Source: an uncultured Holophagales bacterium
GTDB lineage: Bacteria > Acidobacteriota > Thermoanaerobaculia > Multivoradales > UBA5704
Reading direction: 5' to 3'
Length of the DNA: 64,000 bases
NCBI GenBank assembly: GCA_963842525.1
Contig: CAWJGT010000023.1
Coordinates: 192,001-256,000, forward strand
Part shown: piece by piece, positions 48,173 to 57,584 of the stretch
How positions within the stretch are numbered: position 1 is the stretch's first letter
How the letters are laid out: every line of letters starts with the position of its first letter
Translations under genes and position numbers: made by a program
Notes under the pieces: generated by a model
Told to the model about the DNA's origin: nothing
Seen by the model: the letters and a program-made list of their open reading frames with translations, nothing else
Database searches by the model: none

Positions 48173-49696
48173 ATGCTAGCCAGAGCCATCACCGCCACGC
48201 CCTGGGGTATCGACGCCCGCCCAGTCCAGGTCGAAGTCGACGTCCACAATGGACTGCCGCAGGTTCAAATCGTCGGGCTCGCCGACGCCGCGGTTCGCGA
48301 GAGCCGTGAGCGGGTGCGCGCCGCGATCAAGAACTGCGGCTACGACCTGGCCCCGAAGTCCGTCATCATCAACCTCGCCCCCGCCGACCTCCGCAAGGAG
48401 GGCAACCACCTCGACCTGGCCATCGCCCTGGCCCTGCTCGCCGCACACGAGGAGATCCCGCTGGAGATTCTCCAGGGCCGCCTCCTCTGCGGCGAGCTCG
48501 GTCTGGACGGCACGATCCGCTCCGTCCGCGGCGGCCTCGCGCTCGCCGACCTGGGGCAGCGTCTCGGCGTCGAGGAAGTCCTGCTGCCGGCCGCCAACGC
48601 CGCCGAAGCCGCGGCGCTCGGCGTCGCCAGGGTGATCGGTGTCGCCAGCCTGTCCGAGGCGCTCGGGCACCTTCTGGGACGAGCCCCGCTGCCGGCCGTC
48701 GAGCCGCTCCCGATCTCCATCCAGGTGGCGGAGACAGCACCGGACCTCTCCGAGGTGCGCGGCCAGGAGGCCGCCAAGCGCGCCCTGGAGGTGGCCGCTG
48801 CGGGAGGACACAACCTCATCTTCATCGGTCCGCCGGGGTCGGGCAAGACCATGCTCGCCCGGCGCCTGCCCGGTCTGCTGCCGCCCCTCACCCTGGCGGA
48901 GTCGATCGAGGTCACCAAGGTCCACTCCCTGGTCGCCGAAGAGCCGCCGGCCGGGCTGATCCACCGCCGCCCCTTCCGCAGCCCCCATACCGGAATCAGC
49001 ACAGCCGGCCTGGTCGGAGGCGGCAGCTCGCCGCGCCCTGGCGAGGCGAGCCTGGCGCACAACGGCGTCCTCTTCCTCGACGAGCTGCCGGAGTTCCGGC
49101 GCGACACCCTGGAGGCGCTGCGCCAGCCGCTCGAAGAAGGGCACGTCACGGTGGTCCGCGTCCGCGCCCACCTGGTCTTCCCCGCCCGTTTTTCTTTATT
49201 GGCCGCCCTTAACCCATGTCCTTGCGGCCATTTAGGGGATCCTCGGCACGACTGTCGATGTCCGCCACCGCTCATCGAGCGCTATCGCAGCCGCATCTCC
49301 GGTCCCCTGCTCGACCGCATCGACCTGCACGTCGAGGTGCCGGCCGTGAGCCTGCGGGAACTGCGTTCGGGACCCGGAGAGCCGACCGCCACCGTCGCAG
49401 CCCGGGTGGAGGCCGCCCGGGCCATTCAGCGCGAGCGCTTCGGTCCGGCCGCCTCGACACCGGTCAACGCCACCATGGGGACAGAGGCACTGCGGCACTT
49501 CTGCGCCGTCGACCCAGCCGGCCGTGCCCTGCTCGATCGTGCCTTCGAAAAACTCGGCCTCTCCGCCCGCGCCCTCGATCGCATCCTCAAGGTGGCCCGC
49601 ACCATCGCCGACCTCGCCGGCAGCGACGAAGTCCGCGCCGCGCACTTGGCCGAGGCCATCCAGTACAGGACTCTCGACCGGAGGGTGACGGTATGA
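48173..49696 (+). CDS. comM: YifB/ComM Mg-chelatase-like AAA+ ATPase
   Basis: VRESRERVRAA, NLAPADLRKEG, GPPGSGKTMLA, PFRSPH, LAHNGVLFLDE, NPCPCG, SGPLLDRID. Confidence 0.93.
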   Translation: MLARAITATPWGIDARPVQVEVDVHNGLPQVQIVGLADAAVRESRERVRAAIKNCGYDLAPKSVIINLAPADLRKEGNHLDLAIALALLAAHEEIPLEILQGRLLCGELGLDGTIRSVRGGLALADLGQRLGVEEVLLPAANAAEAAALGVARVIGVASLSEALGHLLGRAPLPAVEPLPISIQVAETAPDLSEVRGQEAAKRALEVAAAGGHNLIFIGPPGSGKTMLARRLPGLLPPLTLAESIEVTKVHSLVAEEPPAGLIHRRPFRSPHTGISTAGLVGGGSSPRPGEASLAHNGVLFLDELPEFRRDTLEALRQPLEEGHVTVVRVRAHLVFPARFSLLAALNPCPCGHLGDPRHDCRCPPPLIERYRSRISGPLLDRIDLHVEVPAVSLRELRSGPGEPTATVAARVEAARAIQRERFGPAASTPVNATMGTEALRHFCAVDPAGRALLDRAFEKLGLSARALDRILKVARTIADLAGSDEVRAAHLAEAIQYRTLDRRVTV

Positions 49697-49812
49697 GAGG
49701 AGGCGGAGTCTTCCGTCGACTATTGGGTTGACGGCCCGATCACCGAGTTCATCGAGGATGTCTGGCGTCTCATGGAGGAACAGAAGGTCTCCCGGGCCGA
49801 GCTCGCGCGGCG
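49696..49812 (+). pseudogene. Fragment of an XRE-type HTH regulator/antitoxin
   Basis: EEAESSVDYWVDGPITEFIEDVWRLMEEQKVSRAELARR stops mid-HTH. Confidence 0.5.
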
Positions 49813-50138
49813 GCCGCGGCGGCGCGGTCATCGTGAAGCTGCGAGAAGGGGCGCCTTCGAGGCAGCCACTCCCGAGCCCCTCTCTCTAGGAGCGGTTGGC
49901 TCCCCAGCGGCAAGCTCCTGCCTCTTGTCCCAGGGCATACCTCGCGGAGCACCCTGTTGAGTGGGGGGCGGATGGATTGTGCCGTCAGCCAGACGTTGTC
50001 CCGGCTGCTCTGACGATCCTCGCAGGCAAGTGAGCTTGAAACATGCGGTCGTTGCCGCTACACTTCGATCGCTGAACATAAGCGTCCAAGTTGTCTGACG
50101 AACGATCGGTGGGAAACTCCACCAGGCGAGAACCTGCC

Positions 50139-50744
50139 ATGCGGCTCGGTCGAGCACATACGACGATCTTGGCGGCGGCCCCGCTTCTGCTGCTGCTCGT
50201 TGGCTGCAGGCCCTCTCAGAAGTTCAACGGCGAGGTGGTGGAGCCCGCTCAGCCGGCGCCGGAGCTCACCGGCGTCAACTGGGACGGCAAGCCCTTCCGC
50301 CTGAGCGAGCACAGCGGCAAGGTGACGGTGGTCTTTTTTGGTTACACCTACTGCCCTGACGTCTGCCCGTTCACGCTCGCCAAGATGAAGCAGATCTACA
50401 GCAAGCTCGGGGACCAGGCCGCGGGCATGCAGGTGGTCTTCGCCTCTGTCGATCCGCAGCGGGACACGGTCGAGAAGCTGTCGCGCTACGTGCCAAGCTT
50501 CGACCGCCGCTTCTACGGCCTGCGCCTCGAGCCGAAGGACATCGAGGCGGCGACCAAGGGCTTCGGCCTGACCGTCCAGTACGGGCAGCCGAAGAACGGC
50601 CCGGAGTCGAAGAGCTACTACTACGTGGACCACACCGGCACTTTCTTCGTCCTCGACCGTGCAGGGCGGCTACGGCTCAAGTTCCCGCCCAATGCCACGG
50701 TCGAGCAGATGCTGCCGGACCTCGAGAAGCTGCTCGCGACCTGA
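50139..50744 (+). CDS. SCO1/SenC-family copper chaperone lipoprotein
   Basis: Lipobox LVGC; FGYTYCPDVCP; SVDPQRDT; YVDHT. Confidence 0.93.
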   Translation: MRLGRAHTTILAAAPLLLLLVGCRPSQKFNGEVVEPAQPAPELTGVNWDGKPFRLSEHSGKVTVVFFGYTYCPDVCPFTLAKMKQIYSKLGDQAAGMQVVFASVDPQRDTVEKLSRYVPSFDRRFYGLRLEPKDIEAATKGFGLTVQYGQPKNGPESKSYYYVDHTGTFFVLDRAGRLRLKFPPNATVEQMLPDLEKLLAT

Positions 50745-50781
50745 CCGGCGGGCGCGCCTGCCGGCCCGAGAAGGAGGGTGG

Positions 50782-51372
50782 ATGCCGAGCCGAGACATTG
50801 GAGCCCTCAACCTGCTGCCGGGCCTGTGCCTCGGCATCGCTCTCTTCGCAGCGACGGGCGGCTGCGGCGGACCGGCGGCCGAAACCGGGCAGACCGTGGC
50901 GGACCGGCTGGAGGTCCGCGACCCGCGGGTCACCATGACACCGGACGCCGGGGCCGTCTATCTGACCGTGGTCAATCCGGGCCCGCGGGAGGACCGCCTG
51001 CTGCGCGTCGAGACCGCCGCGGCGCGCGGCGCCCAGATCCATGAAAGCATCGAGGAAAACGGCGTGATGCGCATGGTGGCGCACCCGGAAGGCTTGACGG
51101 TCCCTGCCGCCGGCAAGCTGGAGCTGCAACCCGGGGGCAAGCACATCATGCTGATCGGGCCGCACGTGCCGGCGGGAGTGGGGGGCACGATGGGGTTGAC
51201 CCTGCACTTCGAGCACGCCGGGGCGATCGAGGTGCAGGCGGTCCTCGCGGGAGTGGAGGACATGGATCACAGCGGGCACGCCATGGACCACGGCGCCATG
51301 GGTCACGAGGGGATGAATCACGAGGGCATGGACCACGGCGAGCACGCCGGGAAACCCGGCGGAGGGAGCTGA
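50782..51372 (+). CDS. PCu(A)C copper chaperone with His/Met-rich tail
   Basis: QIHES...VMRM...LQPGGKHIML; tail MDHSGHAMDHGAMGHEGMNHEGMDHGEH. Confidence 0.92.
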   Translation: MPSRDIGALNLLPGLCLGIALFAATGGCGGPAAETGQTVADRLEVRDPRVTMTPDAGAVYLTVVNPGPREDRLLRVETAAARGAQIHESIEENGVMRMVAHPEGLTVPAAGKLELQPGGKHIMLIGPHVPAGVGGTMGLTLHFEHAGAIEVQAVLAGVEDMDHSGHAMDHGAMGHEGMNHEGMDHGEHAGKPGGGS

Positions 51373-51378
51373 GCCGCG

Positions 51379-52356
51379 ATGAGCAAGACCGACGAGCCGG
51401 ACGTCGCCGGACGCGGCGCCTCGCGGCGCCGCACCCTGCGCGAGCAGAAGAGTCAAGAGGAGGCCCTGCGCTGGTTCCGGAAACCGGGAGTTCTCGTCTT
51501 CTTCGGTGCCCTCGCCCTCGCCGCCGCCGGATGGTGGCTCCTGATCCACGCCGCCCGGCGCCTGCCGGTCCAGGAGGCAACGATCGAAGGCGTCCACACG
51601 CGCCTCGACGATGCGCGCTGGGTCCTCGACCAGATGGACCATGGCGAGAACTTCAGGCAGCCGGCGGCGATGATGCCCGACATGCCGCAGCTCGGCCAGC
51701 AGCGCGTCACCATGTACCTGGCGCTCCAGAACCGCGCCGACGAGCTCCGGGAGTACCGCGGCGAGGAGTTCTTCCTCGTCCCCGAGATCGGCGACGAGCT
51801 GCCGCCGTACGGCGCGGTGATCGGGCAGGCCAGCCTGGAGCCCGGGCAGACCATCAACACCGCGATCCATTTCGACGTCGAGACCAGCAAGCCCCACGGC
51901 AGGCTGCTCATGGAGTGGCGCCGCGCGGGCAAGACGGCATACTTCCCCGTCCCCGAGCCTGCCGAGCACTTCCACCTGCGGCCGCGGGGCGGCGCCGACC
52001 TGCCGCCCGACGCGCGGCTGCTGCTGCCGATCGGCAAGGCGGGCCGGGGAGCGCGGCTCTACGCCGGGACCTACGGCTGCGCCGCCTGCCACGGCGACCC
52101 CGAGGTGCCCGACAGCAACAACATCGGCCCTCACCTGGGGCAGATCGGCGCCGTGGCCGCCGGCCGGGTCAAGGACCTTCGGCCCGAGCAGTACATCTAC
52201 GAGTCGATCATCGAACCCGGCGCCTTCATCGCTCCCGATTGCAAGGACGGCATACCCTGCGAGGCGCCCACCGCGATGCCCGAGTACTCCAGCCTGGTGA
52301 CCGTGCAGGACGCCGCGGACCTGCTGGCCTATCTGCTCGAGCTGCGAGGGAGCTGA
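51379..52356 (+). CDS. Membrane-anchored monoheme cytochrome c with N-terminal beta-sandwich domain
   Basis: One TM; CAACH heme motif, IGPHL, YIYESIIEPGA, axial Met in TAMP. Confidence 0.82.
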   Translation: MSKTDEPDVAGRGASRRRTLREQKSQEEALRWFRKPGVLVFFGALALAAAGWWLLIHAARRLPVQEATIEGVHTRLDDARWVLDQMDHGENFRQPAAMMPDMPQLGQQRVTMYLALQNRADELREYRGEEFFLVPEIGDELPPYGAVIGQASLEPGQTINTAIHFDVETSKPHGRLLMEWRRAGKTAYFPVPEPAEHFHLRPRGGADLPPDARLLLPIGKAGRGARLYAGTYGCAACHGDPEVPDSNNIGPHLGQIGAVAAGRVKDLRPEQYIYESIIEPGAFIAPDCKDGIPCEAPTAMPEYSSLVTVQDAADLLAYLLELRGS

Positions 52357-52393
52357 GCCGCAATGTGATCGATTCCTGGAGAGGAGCTGTCTG

Positions 52394-55249
52394 ATGCGTG
52401 CCGGAAGCTCGTTCCTGCTGGCCCTCACCCTGCTCGGCCCCGCACCTTCCCTGGGGCTCACGCCGCGCCTCGTCAAGGACATCAACACGATCCCGGTTCC
52501 CCAGGGCTCCTTTCCGCAGGGATACGCGAGGGTCGGCGGGCTGGCGTTCTTTGCCGCGGATGACGGGGTCAGCGGGACCGAGATGTGGCGCACGGACGGC
52601 ACCGTGGCCGGGACGTTCCAGGTCGCCGACGCCTGCCCGGGGGACTGCAGCAGCCGGCCCGTCATCGTGGCGCGCACCGAGGGGGCCGTGTTCTTTCGGG
52701 CCTTCGGACGCGGCTTCGGCCCTGTGGACCTGTGGGTGACGGACGGCTCGCCGGCGGGCACGCTCCGCCTCGCCGGGCCTCTCCTCCTTCCTGATTCCGG
52801 CCGCCGCAGCCTCTGGATCGCCAGCCGGGGCCTGTTCTATTTCACCGCCAACGACCTCGGCCTCGGCCAGGGCCTGGAGCTCTGGCGGTCCGACGGGACT
52901 CCCGCCGGAACGTTCCAGGTGGAGGATCTGGCACCGGGGCCCGCTGGCTCCGATCCTGACGAGCTGACCGAGCTCGAAGGCCGCCTCTTCTTCCGCGCCA
53001 ACGACGGCGAGCACGGGCCCGCGCTTTGGACGAGCGACGGCACGGCCCAGGGCACGCGGCTGGTGCGCGACCCGCGGCCGGGCACGGCTTCGCACCTCGG
53101 GCCGTTCCTGCTCCGCGCCGTGGGCAAGACCCTCTTCTTCGTCGCTCCGGTGGCGCGGCGCCGCGATGCGCTGTGGACGAGCGACGGCACCCCCGCCGGG
53201 ACCTCGCCGCTGATCGACTTCCCCACCTCCCCGGCGGCGCCGGCCTTCCTCGACGCCGCCGTCCTCGGAAACCGGCTCCTGTTCGTGGCGCTCGATCCGG
53301 GAAGAGGGCACGAGCTGTGGGCGTCGAACGGAACGAAGAACGGCACCCGGCCGCTGACCCGTTTCACCCTCACCTCCCCGTTCTTGCCCCTCAGCAGCTC
53401 CAACAGCCGGCTGCTGCCCCAGACACCCCTCGGAAGCACCATGATCTTCCGCGCCAATGACGGCGTGCACGGCGTGGAGCCCTGGATCACGAACGGCCTG
53501 CCCGGCGGCACCCGCCTGCTCCGCGACATCTGCCCCGGCCCCTGCCTCGGCGCGATCTCGACGGACGACGCCGGCGTCGCCAGCACCGCGGCCGGCAACC
53601 GCCTCTTCTTCTCCGGCAGAAATGTCGGGCGGGGCACCGAGCTCTGGGCGACCGACGGTACGGCACCCGGCACCCGCCTGGTTCGCGATCTCTGCCGGGG
53701 GAGCTGCAGCTCCGAGCCCGTCGCCCTGCATGCCGGAGACGGAGCGGTGTTCCTGCTGGGCCGCAGCGGCCAGAACGTCCTCCAGCTCTGGCGCTCGGAC
53801 GGCACCTCGCAGGGCACGGTCCGGCTCACGGGCTTCCAGCAGTCCACCGCCCTCGCCGGCCCTTCCCAGGGTGTTCCCCTGGGAGGCGCCTTCCTGTTCA
53901 GCGCCGCTGACGAAGACCATGGCCGGGAGCTGTGGAGGAGCGACGGCACGCCCCAGGGCACCGGGCTTTTCCTGGACTTGAACCCGGAGGACTTCGGCGG
54001 CTCGTTCCCCACGCAGATGCGCGTGGCCGCGGGCAAGGCCTGGTTCTTCGCCGATGACGGCATCCACGGCTTCGAGCTGTGGACGAGCGACGGCACCGAA
54101 GCGGGAACGGTCCTGGTCGATGAGCTCACCCCGGGAGAAGGGCCGGAGGCTCCCCCGGACTTCGCAAGCGCCACCGAGCTCGCGGGCAGGGTTTTCTTCC
54201 TGGTCCGCCTCTCCGAGCCGAGCTTCTCGCTGTGGCGATCGGAAGGCATCCCGGGCAGCGCTGTGCGGCTGACGCCTCCGGATCTGCAGATCCTCGCCCT
54301 CGAGCCCCTCCGTGCCGCCGCCGGCCGGGTGTTCTTCGTCGCCGCCGGCGCGGAGCACGGCGAAGAGCTGTGGACGAGCGACGGCACCGTCGAAGGCACC
54401 CGGCCGGCGGCGGACCTCGAGCCGGGGGGTCAGGGGTCGCAGCCGCGGAGCCTGGCGGTGTTCGAGGACCGGCTCTACTTCACCGCCACCGTGGGAGAGA
54501 CCGGCCGCGAGCTGTGGGCGAGCGACGGCACCGAGGCAGGGACCGTCCTCGTCAAGGACATCGATCCGCGGCCGGCCCTCGGGTCCGAGCCCCAGCTCCT
54601 GACGCCGCACGCCGGCCGGCTCTATTTCCCCGCCGCCGACCAGGAGCACGGCCGGGAGCTGTGGAGCACCGACGGCACGGAGGCCGGCACCACCCTCGCC
54701 GCCGAGATCACGCCGGGGCCCAACGGCGTCCTGATGACCCACCTCGTCTCAACCGGCCCCCACCTCTTCTTCTCCGGCGGCCCCGCCGGCATCTCGCAAC
54801 AGGGCCTGTGGGTCAGCGACGGCACCGCCGCCGGCACCCACCGGCTCAGCCAGAAGCCGATCCATATCGACACCCGGGAGATCGGAGCCCCGAGCGCATT
54901 CGACGGCCAGTTCTACTTCGCATCCGACAGCGACGAGATCCTCTGGAGCAGCGACGGCACCGAGGACGGGACCGGGCCGCTCCTCGACGCCGAGGGCTTC
55001 GAGATCGACGAGCCCGAGGCCTTCCATGCCTTTGACGGCCGCCTCTTCTTCACCACCGGCCTCACCAGCCTTCTCTACCAGACCGATGGCACGCCGGAGG
55101 GGACGGCCGTGGTCCACGGGCTGGCGTCGCCTTTCGAGCTCGGCGGCGAGTCCGCTTCGTTCGAGCTGGTCACCATCGGTGGCCGCCTGCTCTTCCGCGC
55201 CTGGCAGCGGGCGACGGGCTCGGAGCTGTGGGCGCTGGACGCCGAGTAG
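52394..55249 (+). CDS. Secreted ELWxxDGT-repeat beta-propeller protein
   Basis: Signal peptide; many GxELWxSDGTxxGT repeats. Confidence 0.93.
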   Translation: MRAGSSFLLALTLLGPAPSLGLTPRLVKDINTIPVPQGSFPQGYARVGGLAFFAADDGVSGTEMWRTDGTVAGTFQVADACPGDCSSRPVIVARTEGAVFFRAFGRGFGPVDLWVTDGSPAGTLRLAGPLLLPDSGRRSLWIASRGLFYFTANDLGLGQGLELWRSDGTPAGTFQVEDLAPGPAGSDPDELTELEGRLFFRANDGEHGPALWTSDGTAQGTRLVRDPRPGTASHLGPFLLRAVGKTLFFVAPVARRRDALWTSDGTPAGTSPLIDFPTSPAAPAFLDAAVLGNRLLFVALDPGRGHELWASNGTKNGTRPLTRFTLTSPFLPLSSSNSRLLPQTPLGSTMIFRANDGVHGVEPWITNGLPGGTRLLRDICPGPCLGAISTDDAGVASTAAGNRLFFSGRNVGRGTELWATDGTAPGTRLVRDLCRGSCSSEPVALHAGDGAVFLLGRSGQNVLQLWRSDGTSQGTVRLTGFQQSTALAGPSQGVPLGGAFLFSAADEDHGRELWRSDGTPQGTGLFLDLNPEDFGGSFPTQMRVAAGKAWFFADDGIHGFELWTSDGTEAGTVLVDELTPGEGPEAPPDFASATELAGRVFFLVRLSEPSFSLWRSEGIPGSAVRLTPPDLQILALEPLRAAAGRVFFVAAGAEHGEELWTSDGTVEGTRPAADLEPGGQGSQPRSLAVFEDRLYFTATVGETGRELWASDGTEAGTVLVKDIDPRPALGSEPQLLTPHAGRLYFPAADQEHGRELWSTDGTEAGTTLAAEITPGPNGVLMTHLVSTGPHLFFSGGPAGISQQGLWVSDGTAAGTHRLSQKPIHIDTREIGAPSAFDGQFYFASDSDEILWSSDGTEDGTGPLLDAEGFEIDEPEAFHAFDGRLFFTTGLTSLLYQTDGTPEGTAVVHGLASPFELGGESASFELVTIGGRLLFRAWQRATGSELWALDAE

Positions 55250-55289
55250 CGCAGACGCCTACCCGGCCCGAGTCATGTAGAATGGAAAC

Positions 55290-55610
55290 ATGGAAGAGAG
55301 ACAAGTTATCCATCTCTTGGTCGACGAGCTCCCTGATGACGAACTGGCAGCGGCTAAGCGCTTCCTTGAGTACCTTCGATTCCGCAGTACGGATCCCCTA
55401 CGCGTGTTCCTCGATGAGGCCCCCTTAGACGACGAGCCGGTGACTGAGGAGGATCGGGCCGTGATCCGCGAAGGCCTTGCCGAGAAGGCGAGAGGGGAAG
55501 TTGTTTCCCAGGAGGAAGCCGAACGTCTCCTCCTGCAGAGTGGACCAAGCGAGCCCTCAAAGAGGCCGCACGCTTGGATTCCACAACTCGGCAAAGGGTT
55601 CTCGCTCGCC
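55290..55610 (+). pseudogene. Degraded type II TA pair: antitoxin run into a truncated RelE/ParE-like toxin
   Basis: LVDELPDDEL...DDEPVTEEDRAVIREGLAE...GEVVS, followed in another frame by EWTKRALKEAARLDSTTRQRVLA; antitoxin stop and toxin start/end are missing. Confidence 0.6.
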
Positions 55611-55702
55611 CCAGAGGGGACGCTTACAAGGAGTAGATCTCCTGCCGCAGCATCAACCTTGCGATCCACAATCATTCACTCCCACCATCCTGAGTCCTTG
55701 CC

Positions 55703-55833
55703 GCCGAACGGAGTATGAGTTCAGCGGCGACACCCTGCTGGGCCGCCAAACGAAGCCACAGATGGTGGACGCCAGACGCGACGACGCCACAAGATCTCAC
55801 CAGGGTGTTGTCCGCTGCAACGAGGGGTTAGGC
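55703..55833 (-). other. Integron attC site
   Basis: Minus strand: R'' GCCTAAC, L'' GTTGCAGC, stem ACACCCTG/CAGGGTGT, L' GCTGAAC, R' GTTCGGC; extrahelical G in L''. Confidence 0.85.
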
Positions 55834-56343
55834 GTCGCACCGATAGCGTTGGAAATGGATTCTGCGCGAGCGGGCCCGCGGTGGCGAGGACTACTGCAGC
55901 GCGAGTGCAGCAACCAGAATGAACGAGCCGAGCGCAATCGAGGCTATCGCGATGACCTTGAGGTAGCGAAGAGCCTGAGGGACTGTACGTTGGGCGAAGC
56001 GATGATGCCAACGCCAAGGCACAGCCAAGAGGACGACGGTCGTGGCTACCAGAACCCAACCGAAGGAATTGAAGATGAAGGAGTACTGCATCTGCGGCGC
56101 GCGAAGGATGAATGCTGTTCCAACCGTCAGGCGAATGAAGAGCTCGAGGTAGTGGAGAGAGGGACTGGCTGCGTGCCCCAGTAGAAAGCGAGAGCCCAGA
56201 ACGGGTGAGGCCAGGGACACCACGGCGAGCGCGAGGAAGTAGCAGCCTGTTATGACGACAACGAGAAGTGCGGCAGAGTCAACCATCTTGCCTTTCCTAA
56301 AAGCGATGTCTGGGGTGCAGCGGCCGTACCGAGCGACGCCTAA
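55709..56343 (-). mobile_element. Orphan integron gene cassette
   Basis: Starts G^TTAGGCGTCGC (56344) and carries GCGACGCCTAAC at the attC start, so the circular form restores a perfect R box; one promoterless-looking lower-GC gene. Confidence 0.8.
55891..56286 (-). CDS. Small multi-TM membrane protein (cassette cargo)
   Basis: RBS-like AGGAAAGG before ATG; about four hydrophobic helices; PWRWHHRFA motif. Confidence 0.8.
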   Translation of the reverse strand: MVDSAALLVVVITGCYFLALAVVSLASPVLGSRFLLGHAASPSLHYLELFIRLTVGTAFILRAPQMQYSFIFNSFGWVLVATTVVLLAVPWRWHHRFAQRTVPQALRYLKVIAIASIALGSFILVAALALQ

Positions 56344-56454
56344 CTGTAGGCTTCTCCGTAGCCGAAGAGCGTCGTATAAGCTCTCCAGGGTTGTCGCAAA
56401 AGCATCGGCAGGAGCCAGGCCTTGACTCTCGAAGCCCCTGGGCGAAGAGTTTCT

Positions 56455-56569
56455 CCCTGGGACCGCGGGCGTCTCGCCCGCTCTCTCCTCACGCTCGGGC
56501 CGCGTCGGGTTAGCGGCAACGCCGCGGTCGATGAAAGTTTGTGCGGGCGAGACGCCCGCGGTCCCAGGG
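56455..56569. repeat. REP-like 27-bp perfect inverted repeat
   Basis: CCCTGGGACCGCGGGCGTCTCGCCCGC ... GCGGGCGAGACGCCCGCGGTCCCAGGG. Confidence 0.8.
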
Positions 56570-56670
56570 GGCCCCCACCACGCCCAGAATACCCCTGGCC
56601 TGATACGATGCATGATTCGTCAACACGAAAACCTGCCGCCTGCCTTTTCTCGATCCTGGCGATTTCGGGC

Positions 56671-56700
56671 TTGACAGCCGGGAGCGAGCCTCTCTACAAT
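56671..56700 (+). promoter_or_regulatory. Sigma70-type promoter
   Basis: TTGACA-N18-TACAAT about 180 nt upstream of ORF 56881. Confidence 0.65.
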
Positions 56701-56880
56701 GTAGGCGGTATCAAGGCAGTAACTCGGAAGGGAGGTGGCCGGACAGGAAAGCCAAGAGAGCGTGAAGCGGTGCCGTCGTGTTCTCGCCGGCCGTGCGGTA
56801 TCACGGCTATCCCAAAAAGCGGCCCGGAGGTGAGTGGGAAGCTCACTCCCCGGACCTGACCCAACAAGGAGCGTCACTCC

Positions 56881-57423
56881 ATGAAGGGCTCTGAGAAGGA
56901 TAACACTCCGTCTGTCCCCGAAGTTTCGTCTTCGCAGTACATTCCCAATCCCCCCAATGCGTTCACCCCTGAGTTTCTGAAGCGGGTGGGCGAACGCGAT
57001 GAGCCTCTTACGGCGGGCGAGGCCGATATGGCCGGGCCGTGGCAGATCGAGGAGGTCCCCGGCTCCGGCTGGGGTTTGTTCCGCCTCGGCGAGAGCTCGG
57101 CCCGGCGGTTCCGGCCTTTTGCGGTGTTCCGCCGGCGGTCGGTGGCTCTGCTCGCCGCGGCCATCCTCCCCGGCACGGGCCGGGATGCGGCTTTCCGGCT
57201 GCAGGTCGATCCGGAGCTGGCCGGCTATGCCGTGGTCGGCAGCGGCGAGCTCGTCGGTCATCTGGCCCTCTTTGACGACCAGGTGATCGCCGGGCTGCAT
57301 GTGGCCGAGATGCTGGTGCGGTCGCCCGATTCCCTGGCCCGGCTGCTGGAGGCTGCCGGCGCGATTGCTCTGGAACGGGCCGGAGCGATTCTCGACCGGC
57401 AGGTTACCGGACCGGAAGGTTGA
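56881..57423 (+). CDS. Hypothetical protein
   Basis: AAGGAG RBS, promoter and terminator in place; globular-looking sequence with no recognised family. Confidence 0.75.
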   Translation: MKGSEKDNTPSVPEVSSSQYIPNPPNAFTPEFLKRVGERDEPLTAGEADMAGPWQIEEVPGSGWGLFRLGESSARRFRPFAVFRRRSVALLAAAILPGTGRDAAFRLQVDPELAGYAVVGSGELVGHLALFDDQVIAGLHVAEMLVRSPDSLARLLEAAGAIALERAGAILDRQVTGPEG

Positions 57424-57436
57424 CCTTATTTAGATA

Positions 57437-57461
57437 GGGGAGCGCGCAACCCGCGCTCCCC
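57437..57461. terminator. Hairpin after ORF 56881 (convergent gap)
   Basis: GGGGAGCGCG-CAACC-CGCGCTCCCC followed by a pyrimidine tract. Confidence 0.6.
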
Positions 57462-57584
57462 CCTCTCTCTTCTCCCGCTCCGGCGGCCGACCAGCGCCAG
57501 CTCCGCAGAGCCAGTGCTCACGGCCATTTCTCCCGTCCCGGGACAACGGCGCCGTGCGGGCCGTTCAGTCGTCGCGATAGCCGG

